DNA from: Fistulifera solaris
Lineage: Eukaryota
Reading direction: 5' to 3'
Assembly (NCBI GenBank): GCA_030295235.1
Contig: AP026123.1
Location: 2,170,001 to 2,234,000 of the forward strand
Length of the DNA stretch: 64,000 nt
Shown here: one piece after another, positions 1 through 11,328 of the stretch
Layout: each line of letters begins with the position of its first letter
Position numbering within the stretch: the first letter of the stretch is position 1
Made by a program: the position numbers and the translations under genes
Notes under the pieces: generated by a model
Seen by the model: the letters and a program-made list of their open reading frames with translations, nothing else
What the model was told of the DNA's origin: nothing
The model's database searches: none

Positions 1-1564
1 GAGTTTACGTTTCGAAGGGGCACTCCGGCCTGAATCTCCAAGGACGGGGTCAGAAGCAAGCGCCGCACCAACAGCGTCTACATCCAAATCTTGAATCCAC
101 TCGCATAGCACGTCCGTGTGGTCTGCAAGCAACAATGCAGTGCGCTGAAAACTATTTGACGCGCTTTTCAACAGCGCCGATGATGTCAGCGATAGACGTT
201 CGGAAGACGACTCGTTCACGAGATGTTTCGATCCACAATAGAATTGATTGAGGACATAGAGGTTGTCGATAGTGGATCCATTTGAGAATATGTTGCCGAG
301 TGAGTCAAGTACCACGATGTTGCGGTTTCGCCAGAGCTGCCGCTCGAGCCAGAAAAAAGTCGACACGAAACGCATTTACAGCAATTGTACATATCCCTTC
401 ATGCTCCCCCATGGACCTAAAAATATTCTCGAAGTGAATGGCCGAGTCCGAGTCCAATTCCTTGAAGGTGCTTAGATCCAAACAAGACAACTTTGGATTG
501 GCATCAATGGCACGGATCAATGCTTGAGTCACATGCTCTAACATTTCGGAGCTCAGATGATGCCTGAACCAATAATTAGTGCCGATCGATAGTCGTTCAA
601 AATGTCCTAGTTCGGACACTCGACCGAAGAATGATAATAAAAGCTCATCCCACTCGTCGTCCTCCTCTATAATAAATTCCACACTGAGGTCACTGGCCAC
701 AATGCTGAGCGCTTTGAAATCGTCTGGGGCGACGTGATTTGCGCGTATGGTGCAATGCAACGCCTTCACTTTTGCAGCAAACGGAAGAAGGACGCATGTT
801 CTCCCAAGATCAGGAATGCCAAGACTTTCAAAAATATCAAGTTTTAAAAGGCGATCCAAGTTGTAGTGATTCATAGGAGCGCCCCATTCAGGTGCAATAA
901 AGTCAATACGAAGGGATCCAAAGGAGGAATGTCGTTTTTCCAGAGCATTGACAAATTCTGTCCCGCTATCCGTAAAATCAAAACGTGCGTGAAGTTTCAA
1001 CGTAAACGGATAAGGCCTCGATGCCAGAATGGCGGATTGCTCGGGGGTCCATTCCCCGGTGCTCAAAGTCAAAGCGCGTGTCGGATTTGAGTCCAATATC
1101 TGGGCGAGCTGCTCCGGTCGGAGGGCAGCGAAGTCGAAACGGCATCTTATACCATCTTCAGACGGATTGTCAAAGATGCAAAGAAACGACGTCGCATCGT
1201 TTTCCTGTTTCATGGACCAAAAAACCGTGGCAGTCTCCGCAACCGCATAATCCGTTTCCCCGAAAATCGCACCGTTCCACGAATAATTCGCGTCTTTAAT
1301 GTAGAACAAGACACATTTTTGGTAACTTCTCCAAGATGTATGGATTTCTATATTTGTAAAAGTGACGGTGTCATTCTTCCTCCAAATAGCAATCTTGCAA
1401 TACTTCTCCCAGTCAATCTCGTCGAGGCGGTTTAGGTCGCGCCGCAGTTCGTAATGTGTAAAGCACTGTGCTGTACCAGCTTCAATGAATTTTCTTTGCC
1501 GAGCGGTGAGCTCTTCCTCTGGAATGCGTTTCAAAACATTGTCGCTTTCGTTTGTTTCTTCCAT
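1..1564 (-). CDS. Lineage-specific hypothetical protein, paralogue 1 (RNI/LRR-like C-terminal half); 3' end just outside the window
   Basis: ORF 305-1564 aligns along its length with the 546-aa ORF at 3133-4773. Homology continues past an extra A near 355 (AGAAAAAAGTC vs AAGAAAAGTC) to position 1. Confidence 0.85.
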
Positions 1565-2070
1565 GTTTAAGAATAAATAGTTGCAAGCTTATACAAGAGT
1601 TAAAGGCAGAGCGAACAACAAACAGCAATGCGCTGCAACGTTCACAAGAAGCTCACGGCAAAAGTAAGACCGCCGCAAGCCGCGCTCTGTTTTGCTTGAA
1701 GCTAGCCGTAGCATGATGGTGACATGATCGAGAGGTCCCGCCAGGCATGACGTCGTTCGTTCACTGCGGAAGCGAGAAAGACAAGAAGGTCTTTTTGCGT
1801 GTCATCGTTTGTTTCGAGAAAATAAACGCCGTTCGCATTTTTTTCGTTTTCGTCTTTTGTGTTTTGCTCAAATACAATAGAGTTAGGGGTATTTGCTTGC
1901 GTGACCTCCTCCTTACCTGGTATCGTGAGGTGACGAACGACCTCCTCGTGACCCGCCTGACCTGCTGCGCGCCGTTTTGTAGCTCGCGCTTTTGAGACAA
2001 CATACAAAATGCGACGACAATGGGCTTCGTTTGTGTCGCGAAGCGCTTGTATGTTCACTCTGGAGCGATG
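1565..2070. repeat. Duplicated upstream region of paralogue 1
   Basis: Clearly similar to 4774-5270; shared blocks include AAAGGCAGAGCGAACAAC, GAGAGGTCCCGCCAGGCATGACGTCGTTCG and GTGTCGCGAAGCGCTTGTATGTTCACTCTG. Confidence 0.8.
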
Positions 2071-3132
2071 AAGACGTCCGTCTTGACCCTAATCTATCAT
2101 TTACATGCTTCATGTCCTCTTTCTTTCTAAAATTGCGCGTTCAAACCACGGACAATTTTGCATTATGAAGGGGATCGATCCTAGACGGAAGATCGTGGGG
2201 TGATCAAGAACGTGATGGCTGATCTTTCATCTCGTGCAGTAGAGATTGCCTTTCGCTTTGGTCTCGCCTCCCTTCTTCTTCTTCGCCGGCATTCAAGCGG
2301 AGCGAAAAGAAATCATCGCCTCTAGCTGCAACTGCCGTTGGGTTCTTCGTGCTTTCAAGACATCGGAGAACGGAAATTGTTATTGCGACTCGGAGAAACA
2401 ATTGAGGCAGCTATGATAGTAGTCGAATCATAAATAAATGACCAGTTCGTGATGATGACAGTTATGAGAGCATTGGAGACCTTCAATCGATAAGAGGGCG
2501 ACGGGTCACCCCTTTGAATTTTATTCATGTTACAAAAGCACAATGATCAACAACAAGCAATCTATTTCATTCCCTCAACCCGGCTGACAACGAAATTTAC
2601 AAGTAGACGGTTGATTCTGCCGCATCATTTGCATTCATTGTGTCTCCGTTCGAGCGAGTCTATGAACGCACGGGCTTTGTATCGTCGAACACGTACATCG
2701 ATCGTCTCTAAAGGTTTCGAAAGCCAAACGCAATGGAACCTAGGGAACCTGGCGGGTCGGTTGGTTGAAGAGATGCTCACCAAGAGCGAACTGGATGACT
2801 TTCTGACATCGGTGTATTACCCTTACATCGTCACAGCCCAAGAGAGCAATGGAACTGCGGCTTGGTGGGAGTATGTTGTAGCGATGTATGGGTTATAATT
2901 TTTCGACAGAGTGTAGCAAATTGACTATCCAAAGTAGCATTACTACAGTTCATGATAAGAATTACAACCTATGATATCGGTGAATTTGAAAAGATATCCA
3001 TATAGTAATGAAAACACTACTACAAGTGATTACTTTTTCACAATAGCCGCATGATTTACGATCTACGATGTAGATATGACTTGCATAAGAACACGTTTAT
3101 CAAGAAGGAAATATCGGAAGGGCCGCGAATCA

Positions 3133-4773
3133 TCATTCATCTCGAGACGCTTTCTTCGCAAGAGGATAGTCTTGAGCTTCTAGATCACGTTTCGAAGGGG
3201 CGCTCCGTTCCGAATCTCCAAGGACGGGGTCAGAAGCAAGCACCGCACCAGCAGCGTCTACATCCAAATCTTGAATCCACTCGCATAACACGTCCGTGTG
3301 GTCTGCAAGCAACAATGCAGTGCGCTGAAGACTATTCGACGCGCTGTTCAACAACGCCGATGATGTTAGCGATAGACGTTCGGATGACGACTCGTTCACG
3401 AGATTTTTGGATTCACGATAGAATTGATTGAGGACATAGAGGTTGTCGATAGTGGATCCATTTGAGACTCTTTTTCTGGATGAGTCAAGTACCTCGATGT
3501 TGCGGTTTCGCGACAGCTGCTGCTCGAGCCAAGAAAAGTCGACACGAGACGTATTTACGACAATTGTACACATCTCTATGTGCTGCCCCGTGGACCTAAA
3601 AATATTCTCAAAGTGAATAGCCGAGTCCGAGTCCGAGTCCGAGTCCGAGTCCAATTCTCTGAAGTTGCTTAGGTCCAAATACGACAACTTTGGGTTGGCA
3701 TCAATGGCACGGATTAATGCTTGAGCAACAGGATTTACATTCCCGGGACATAGACAATTCCTTAAGGAATATTCGGCGCCAATCGACAGTCGTTCAAAAT
3801 GGCCTAATTCAGCCACTCGATCGAAGAATGAGGTTAAGAGCTCAACCCAATCGTCGTCCCTCCCTATGAAAAATTTCACACTGAGGTCACTGGTCACGAT
3901 GTTGAGCGATTTGAAATCGTCTGGCGCAACGTCTTCTGCGTATATGCTGCAATGCAACACCTTCACCTTTGCAGAAAATGTCAAAATGACACATTCTCCG
4001 TGCGGGTAACGAACATCAAGGTTCTCAAAAACGTCGAGTTTCAAAAGGCGACTCAGGTCGGAGGGCTTTAAACACGTTGTGTCCAAATTGGGATCCATAT
4101 AGTCAATATGAAGGGATCCAAAGGAGGACTGTCGTTTTGCCAGAACATTGACAAATTCTGTCCCGATGTCCATAAATTCAAGAAGTTCACCAAGTTTCAA
4201 CTTCAACGGATAAGGCCTCGATGCAAGAATGGCAGAATGCTCGCGAGTCCATTGTCCGGTGTGAAGTTCAAAGGTCCGTGTCGGGTTTGAGTCCAGTATC
4301 TGCGCGAGCTGCTCAGGTCGGAGGGCAGTGAAGTCGAAATTGCAGTTACTATGATATAGAATCATACATAAGATGCAAAGCAGCGCCTCCGCATCGCTGT
4401 TCTGTTTCATTGACCAGAAAACCGTGGCGGTCTCCGCAACCGCATCAGCAGTTTCTCCGAAAATCGCACCTCTCCATTGATAATTCGTGTCTTTCATGTA
4501 GAAGAAGACACACCTTCGGTAATGTCTCCAAGATGGAGAGAGATCATCCTTAGAACATTCAAAAATGACGGTGTCATTCTTCCTCCAAATAGCAATGTTT
4601 CGACACTTCTCCCGGTCAAACTCGTCAAGGCGGCTTGGGTCGCGCCGCAGTTCGTAGTGTGTAAAGTCCTTCACATTGTCATATTTAAAGAATTCTCGTT
4701 GCCGAGCGGTGAGCTCTTCCTCTGGAATGCCTTTCAAAACATCGTCGCTTTCGTCTGTTTCTTCCATGTTCAA
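3133..4773 (-). CDS. Lineage-specific hypothetical protein, paralogue 2 (intact, 546 aa)
   Basis: Uninterrupted ORF with motifs shared across the family: IAIWRKNDT, GETADAVAETAT, EQLAQILDSNPTR, LGHFERLS, NPKLSYLDLS, WLEQQLSRNRNI. Confidence 0.9.
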   Translation of the reverse strand: MNMEETDESDDVLKGIPEEELTARQREFFKYDNVKDFTHYELRRDPSRLDEFDREKCRNIAIWRKNDTVIFECSKDDLSPSWRHYRRCVFFYMKDTNYQWRGAIFGETADAVAETATVFWSMKQNSDAEALLCILCMILYHSNCNFDFTALRPEQLAQILDSNPTRTFELHTGQWTREHSAILASRPYPLKLKLGELLEFMDIGTEFVNVLAKRQSSFGSLHIDYMDPNLDTTCLKPSDLSRLLKLDVFENLDVRYPHGECVILTFSAKVKVLHCSIYAEDVAPDDFKSLNIVTSDLSVKFFIGRDDDWVELLTSFFDRVAELGHFERLSIGAEYSLRNCLCPGNVNPVAQALIRAIDANPKLSYLDLSNFRELDSDSDSDSDSAIHFENIFRSTGQHIEMCTIVVNTSRVDFSWLEQQLSRNRNIEVLDSSRKRVSNGSTIDNLYVLNQFYRESKNLVNESSSERLSLTSSALLNSASNSLQRTALLLADHTDVLCEWIQDLDVDAAGAVLASDPVLGDSERSAPSKRDLEAQDYPLAKKASRDE

Positions 4774-7191
4774 GAATTTTTATTTGCGAGCTTTCGCTCA
4801 TACAAGAACTAAAGGCAAAGCAAACAATAAACAGCAATGCAGTGTGACGACGTTCACAAGAAACTCAAAGCAAAGGTAAGACCGCCGCAAGGCCGCGCTC
4901 TGTTTTGCTTGAAGCTAACCGTAGCATGATGGTGCATGATCGCGAGAGATCCCGCCAGGCATGACGTCGTTCGTTTGAAGCGAGAAAGACAAGAATGTCT
5001 TTTTTTTTGCGTGTCATCGTTTTTGTCTCGAGAAAAACGCCGGTCGCATTTTTCATTTCGCCTTTTGTGTTTTTAATACAATAGAGTTAGGTATTTGAGT
5101 GCGTGACTCTTTCTCGTGACGACCTCCTCGTGACCCGCTTGACCGCTGTTGCGCTTTTTTTGTCGCTCGGGGCTTTCTGCTTCACAAAAGATTTTCGACC
5201 ATGACGACATGAGACATGACGACGATTGGCTTGTTTGTGTCGCGAAGCGCTTGTATGTTCACTCTGAAACGATGGAGACAAGACGCTGAGGACAACTTTC
5301 GGTGCTGAAGTCATTCCATGATCGACGGAAGATCGTAGAACAGCTCCGTCCCTCTTTTTACTCCAAGGCGGAAATAGGGGCTTGAAAGCGTGAGTTGTTA
5401 AAACGTATGTTTTAGCATGATAAGTAGTCGCAGCAACAGGTTCATGCCGACACAATCAAGCTCTTGTTGCCCCACTTTACTGAACTGCTAAGGTTAAGAG
5501 TGTTTTGAGTTTAAAAGCAACGACGTAACATGCGACGCGCGAAGCATTCATTATATTCATCGCGCCACGGTCAATTATTTTATCACTCTAGCTGACGAGA
5601 CTTCCTTCTTTGCTTTACTTCTTTTCTTCATTTGGAACTGTTTGATCGCCGAAAAGCAGGCGTTTGCGGTACGGGGCGCTCATACTACAGTTTTTCTTCA
5701 TCACTGGCGTCGGCGCGACTTCGCATGTAGACTTGTGAAGCTCTCGAACGCTCGGATAGAAGGCCCACGGTGGATGTCCATACCTCCGGAGATGCCCGCG
5801 GAAATTTCGATGACACTATCAGTGGCGATGAAATGCGAGAAAGGGTGACTGCTTTATCACAGAAGCGGATGGGCGACGAGGACAGTCGAATAAGTATTAC
5901 ATTCATCGTTTGCTAAACTGCATGATATGTCGATCGAACGGGCTCCGCTTTTAGGAAAGATCCGAACGTAGACGGGCTAGCAGAGTCTCATACGTCATCT
6001 GTGAAGAAAGTCTCACGCTTTGAGAGAATGTACAATGAGCTGCATGTTAAAGAGGCAGAGGAGTCGTTCTCAGGAAGTTGTAGTGGATTTCGTCTACGTT
6101 CGGCTTTCATTCGGCGTAATCTTCTCCGGTGACAGAACAGCTAGCGTTCACAAGTACTCGCAGCCGAAGCATTCGCTTTTGATGCGGAAAAAGCACAAAC
6201 CATGTCAATGAAGACCGCGTTTCACGTCGAACTCATACAACGCAACAATCCAATGCTAGCGTTCCTAAACAGCAAGTCTACTCTTGGCAAGAGCCATGAC
6301 GACCCGAGATATGTTTTGCACATTTGCTCAAATACGTGAAAACGACCTCGACTTTCGGACGAATGACTGTTGCAGTGCGACTACACAACTTGCCGTGCGT
6401 GTTTTACGGTGTGCGCTGTCAGGGGTTGTGGCAATCCTGCGCAAGAAAAGTCGTTACGCAGACGATCTGTTACGTCTCGTGGTGCATCGTTTCTTCGTGG
6501 GAAGGCGTGTAATTCTGGCAAGGTTTCCCGCTCATCAATTGCCGCCTTAGGGACTTAGTGTCAACCGGACGAGAAATAATGAACATTCCTGAATGGCATG
6601 AAAGGGACGCGCGTGGTTCCTTTTGAAGGTTATCGCTGGAAACTAGTCAAGGCCGTTTGTTGCAGCAACAAAGAGATTTTGAATGCCGTCCATTGCAAGA
6701 TAGCCACTTACTAGAATACGGTGAAAGCTCATATTCCGATTCTCGAACGGGCTTGTCCATGTACCTGTTGTATCGAACGCCGTCGTCCAAGGGGGAGTGG
6801 CAGCTTGCGAGCCGGACCGGAAACTTCTCTCTGATAAGGCCGATAAAAACTTTGTCGCGGCTCTTTATCGTCACATGGAAGACCTTGAAAAGTTTTATCG
6901 GATACAAAATCGTTCATTGTTTGCGGTGACAGTCACCCGTCAACTGATAGTGAAGACCCGAAAGCAGTGAACTTTTGAAGGCGTTGAGGCCACGCGACGA
7001 AACCAACGAAGATGCCAATCAGTGGATTTGCGTTGAGAAGCGAAAGAGACGAATGCCTGTTACTCTTTGATCGCAGTTTTTACTCAATAGCCGTCCAACC
7101 TCAATAAAGTAAAAGGCACGGAGTACTATGAAGGCACTACGGTTACATGTAAGCTATTTAGAAAAGAAATGAAAACCCAGTCGATCGACGT

Positions 7192-7575
7192 CTAACGTCA
7201 CGCGGGCTTCTTTGCAACAGGTGATGCTTGATCACCCATAGCGTTTCGTTCCTTCAACAACAAAGACAGGCGTGGTACCAACAGCATGTTAATCGAAATT
7301 TTAGATCAACCGGCACATCATGTCGGTGTGGTCTGCAAGCAACAGTGCGGTGCGTTGAAACTTATTCGATGCGCTGTTCACTAACGTCAACAATGCCAGC
7401 AATAGCCGCATGAAGACTCTTTCAGTAGGTCTCTTGATCCACGAAAGACCGAATCAGCGAGTAAAGATTATCGATAGTGCGTCCACTCGACTGGTTCTCG
7501 AGAAGGATTAAAAACCTTGATATTGCGGGTTTTGCGAAGCAATTTCTCCAGCCAGAAATAATCGAACCAGCCTTC
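7192..7575 (-). pseudogene. Degenerate 3' fragment of the same family
   Basis: Sequence such as GTGGTCTGCAAGCAACAGTGCGGTGCGTTGAAA matches the C-termini of paralogues 1 and 2 (FDYFWLEKLLRKTRNI..., TIDNLYSL, PVAKK). The frame is broken and no N-terminal part is present. Confidence 0.7.
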
Positions 7576-7809
7576 CACAACAAAAGAACTGAAAGATAGT
7601 CTTGAAGTTGGTTGATGTGAGATTGTTTGTGAATATGTGCGCCAGAGAACACCAATACTACAAGCAGTAGGCGCCTTAAGGTAACACACAATTCTCTTGT
7701 CAAGTTTGGTAGTTACTTCTGGAGCCACTCCAAGAGTAAAAGAGATACCAAAGGTAGAAAAGTATGCTTTTATATAATATATGTAAACTTTGCAAGATGT
7801 AGTTCGAAA

Positions 7810-9426
7810 CTAGACTGCCTCGTCATTCATCATCGCGAGCCGCCTTCTTGGCAGCACGCAAGAAACCGGAGGAATCGAGACGGACAATGCACCATTCTCC
7901 ACTACGACTGCGGCACCACTAGTTTCAAAATCAACATCCTGCATCCATTCGCAGAATACATCAACGTGAGTCGACAGTAGCAGTGCAGTGAGTTGAAAGT
8001 CGTCCGATGCGCTGTTTACCATCGCCTGTGCCACCAGCAATGGTCGCACCGCGAAAGGCTCACTTATCGAAACTGATGCGCCACGATAGAACCGATTCAG
8101 CAAATAGAGTCTGTCTGTTCCGGGCCCGTACGACCATAGTCCTTGCGAGCAGTCAAGCACCTCGATGTTGCGATTTCGCGAGAGAAGCCGCTCCAACCAC
8201 AAAGAGTCAAACTGGCGAGGATAGTTGGGTGTGTAGCCTTTTTGGCTCGGCCTTGCACAACGAATGTACGCAGTCCCTTGTGCTCCTCCATGGCCCGAAA
8301 AATAGTCTCGAAGTGCTCGGCCCACGGAAATGCCCAGCTGCTGTAGCTCAAATCCAAATATGAAAGCTTGCAATTGGCCTCAATAGCGCGAATCAAGGCA
8401 TTTACCACACGTCTCATGTCGTCAAAAGGTACAACTTGACCCTCCGCTGGATCCGAATCAGAATATTTGTCATTTGACAAAGTCAATCTTTCAAAGTGAC
8501 CTAGCTCCGCCACACGGTTAAAAAGTGAGACCAGGAGCTCGGGTACCTCACCACCACCTCTTATATCCAAGTCGATGTCGCTCGGAACAATATTCAATGC
8601 TTTGAAATTTTCAGGCGAACAACACTCTGCGTGTGTTGACAATTTCAAAGCGTTCACGTTGGCGGCAAAGAGCAGACGGGTACATTCCTTATCAAGGCAT
8701 TCTACACCAAAAACATCCAAAAGATTGAGATTACAGATGCGCTTCAGATGACCGCAAGTAAAAGGAAGCCCATCAGTAATTCCTGTAATACAAAGAGTGC
8801 CAAAGGACGATTGCCTTTTCTCCAGTGTAGCCACATATGCCGCCCCGCCATCTGCAAAGCGAAAGCCATCCTCAAGCTTTAAATTCAAAGGATTAGGCCG
8901 GGATGCAGAACAACGGACTGCTCAGCAGTCCAGGTTCCGGTTACTAAGCTAAGCTCCCGTGTCGGATTCGAATCCAATATCTGGGCAAGCTGCTCGGGAG
9001 AGAGGACAGCTTTGTCGAATTCGACATTCGGCGGGTCATGAAACCATCCGACTTCAAGCATGCTATAGACACGATGATCTTGTTTCAATGACAAAAGAAA
9101 GTGGCCGTCTCCGCAACTGCTGCATCTGTTTCCCCAACAATCGCGCAACACAATGAAAGTTGTCGGCCGGATATCTTAAATACCGCACACTTGCGTTCTT
9201 CCAGCGCCTTGTCCAGTCCATACGGGGAACAAAGAATGACAGTACTGTTGTTCCGCCCTATAGCAGCGTCTTTGTATTTCTTCCAGTCAATCTCGTCGAG
9301 GTGAGTCGGTTCGCGCAACATTTCGTACAAGGGCAAAGGTGTCGGAAGGAGCAATTTTTGCTGCGTCGTAAGCTGCTCCGCTGGAATCAGTTTCAAAATG
9401 TCGTCGTTCTCGTTTGTTTCGTTCAT
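7810..9426 (-). CDS. Lineage-specific hypothetical protein, paralogue 3 (more divergent, frameshifted in this assembly)
   Basis: ORF pieces 9085-9426, 8885-9151, 8097-8888 and 7810-8373 join into a family member (GETDAAVAETAT, EQLAQILDSNPTR, RVAELGHFERL, WLERLLSRNRNI). Confidence 0.75.
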
Positions 9427-9623
9427 ACTGAAAATTGAAGACGTCTTGGGAGCGAAAAAGGTGCGACGAAGCTATAGAATGAATGAATAGCAACGCGCCG
9501 CAGCGAAAGTGCACAAACTAAAAGCCGCCGCTCTGTCTTGCTTGAAGCTAGTCGTAACATAGTGGAGACGAGCGAGAGGTCCCGCGTCCCGCCAGGCATG
9601 ACGTCGGTCACCGCAAGAAGGGC

Positions 9624-9991
9624 TGTTGAATAACCAGTCACGCACGTGTCTACAATAAACGGAAAGACATGTGCACTACATATTACATGATACTGAAAAC
9701 GAGAAGCGAACAGCAATCTACCTAATCCCGAATCCTCGTTATTCAAAGAACTAACAGCTGCCGAAGGAACCTAAACTATTACTGACAAAGAACAATGCCA
9801 GCAGCTTCTGCATATTCTACATGAATCAAATGAGAACAATGAAGAGACAAACAAGAATTCAAATCAATAGGATAACTTCATTTACTAGCTCATAATTTTA
9901 ACAAGCAATCCGTTTGCAGCAATCCGTTTGCACCAAGTTAATTTTGTCAAGCCCAATCCATAGACGGCTCCGGCACCTGTGGATTTCAAGA
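9624..9991 (+). repeat. 5' LTR (TGTTGAA...TTCAAGA)
   Basis: Identical by eye to 15435-15802; contains an internal tandem AGCAATCCGTTTGC x2. Confidence 0.95.
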
Positions 9992-10055
9992 CGCTTCCTC
10001 TGCTTCAAGTGACCATAAAGCTCCGCACTTTATAACAACTACTTCGTTCGACGAA

Positions 10056-11328
10056 ATGGCTGACGCTAACGCCGAACAACGCCAACCAAAACCTCGCTGC
10101 TCCCGTAGCAGTAGCCTTTGCTCTAAGCCCGGCTTGAGCACCCACCATGTCATCGACTTCTCTACTCGCTGAAGGATCTCGCCTCTACGAAATGGCGACC
10201 AAGCAGATTGGAGATGAACGATTCGACTGCGATCCCGGTCGCATGCGCTCTCCTTCATCGAAGGACTTAGCATCCGTGCTAGCAACTTTGGTTGGGGGCC
10301 GATCTTCAACATCCCCGACGATATCGAAGCCATCGAGCCTGTCCAGAACACCACCAACCTCCTCTCCAACTACGGAGACATTACTTTGGAGCACATTCAA
10401 GCTCACGCACGCACATACATCGGTACCCAGACCCGTGCAGCGCCAAGACTCCTACATGGCAGCCAACTGCCTCATTTCCTCTCTAAGCCCAGCCGCCATC
10501 GATCGCATCACGATCTGGCGGGACCAGTACACCTTTGATGGTATCCCCAGCGGGCCTTGCCTGTTCAAAGTCATCATCCGTGAGACTTACATTGACACAA
10601 ATGCAACGGTCACGCATTCGCACGCAGCTCTCCAGTTTGGACCAGTACTTACCTAAGATTCAGCACAACATCACCAAGATGAACCAGCAAGTTAAACAGC
10701 TATTGGAAGGCTTGGCAGCGCGAGGAGAAACCACAAACGATCTTCTTGGCGAATCTCTTTAAGGGTTACAAGGCAGCCTCCGATCGCACCTTTGTCAACT
10801 ACATCCTGAAGAAAGAAGAAGATTACCACGAAGGTCTTCCGATGACACCGGATCACCTCATGAACCTAGCAGATAACAAGTACAAGACCTTGGTACAACT
10901 TTCTCTGTGGAACGCGCCTTCGGAAGAAGAAAAGATTCTCGCATTGGAGGCAAAACTCCAAAAGTTGGAAAGCAAAAGAAGACCGAAAACAAGCCAAAGC
11001 ATCAAGCCAAAAGCAAACCCCAGCGCAACAGAAACACTCCCAAGCCAGACTGGATGTCGGTGCCTCCAAAGGACGACGAACCCAAGCAGAAAACAGTTGA
11101 GGGAAGCGAGTACTTCTGGTGCGAAAAGCATAACTCATGGGGCAAACACAAGACGGTTGATTGTCGCCAAGCCAACATCCGCAGACCGGGAGTCTCCAAA
11201 CCCGGGGCGAAGAAAGAGCGACTCGTCAAAGCGCTAGCTGCACTCCTCAATGACAGCGACAGCGATGAGGACGACAACGTAGATGAGTATTCGGACGCGA
11301 AGTGACAACGGCAAGCGACAGTGAATGA
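10056..11328 (+). CDS. gag: Retrotransposon Gag (frameshifted in this assembly)
   Basis: ATG at 10056, followed by FALSP, GPCLFKVIIRE, NLFKGYKAASD, the knuckle WCEKHNSWGKHKTVDC and an acidic tail. The stop is at 11303-11305 as read, or at 11326-11328 after correcting two single-A insertions. Confidence 0.8.

Noticed and set aside
2527..2898. 123-aa ORF with a protein-like C-terminus
   Set aside because: No recognisable motif or supported start; possibly a gene remnant, but it cannot be supported.
5600..7000. Cluster of short overlapping ORFs
   Set aside because: No homology or coherent gene structure recognisable by eye.
9423..9746. ORF MNNEDSGLGR..., repeated at 15288-15557
   Set aside because: Antisense reading of the two identical LTRs.
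11303..11311. TGA CAA CGG as a TMV-type readthrough signal
   Set aside because: Does not fit CAR-YYA, and that frame closes again within about 30 codons; the TGA at 11326 is the one in frame with pol.
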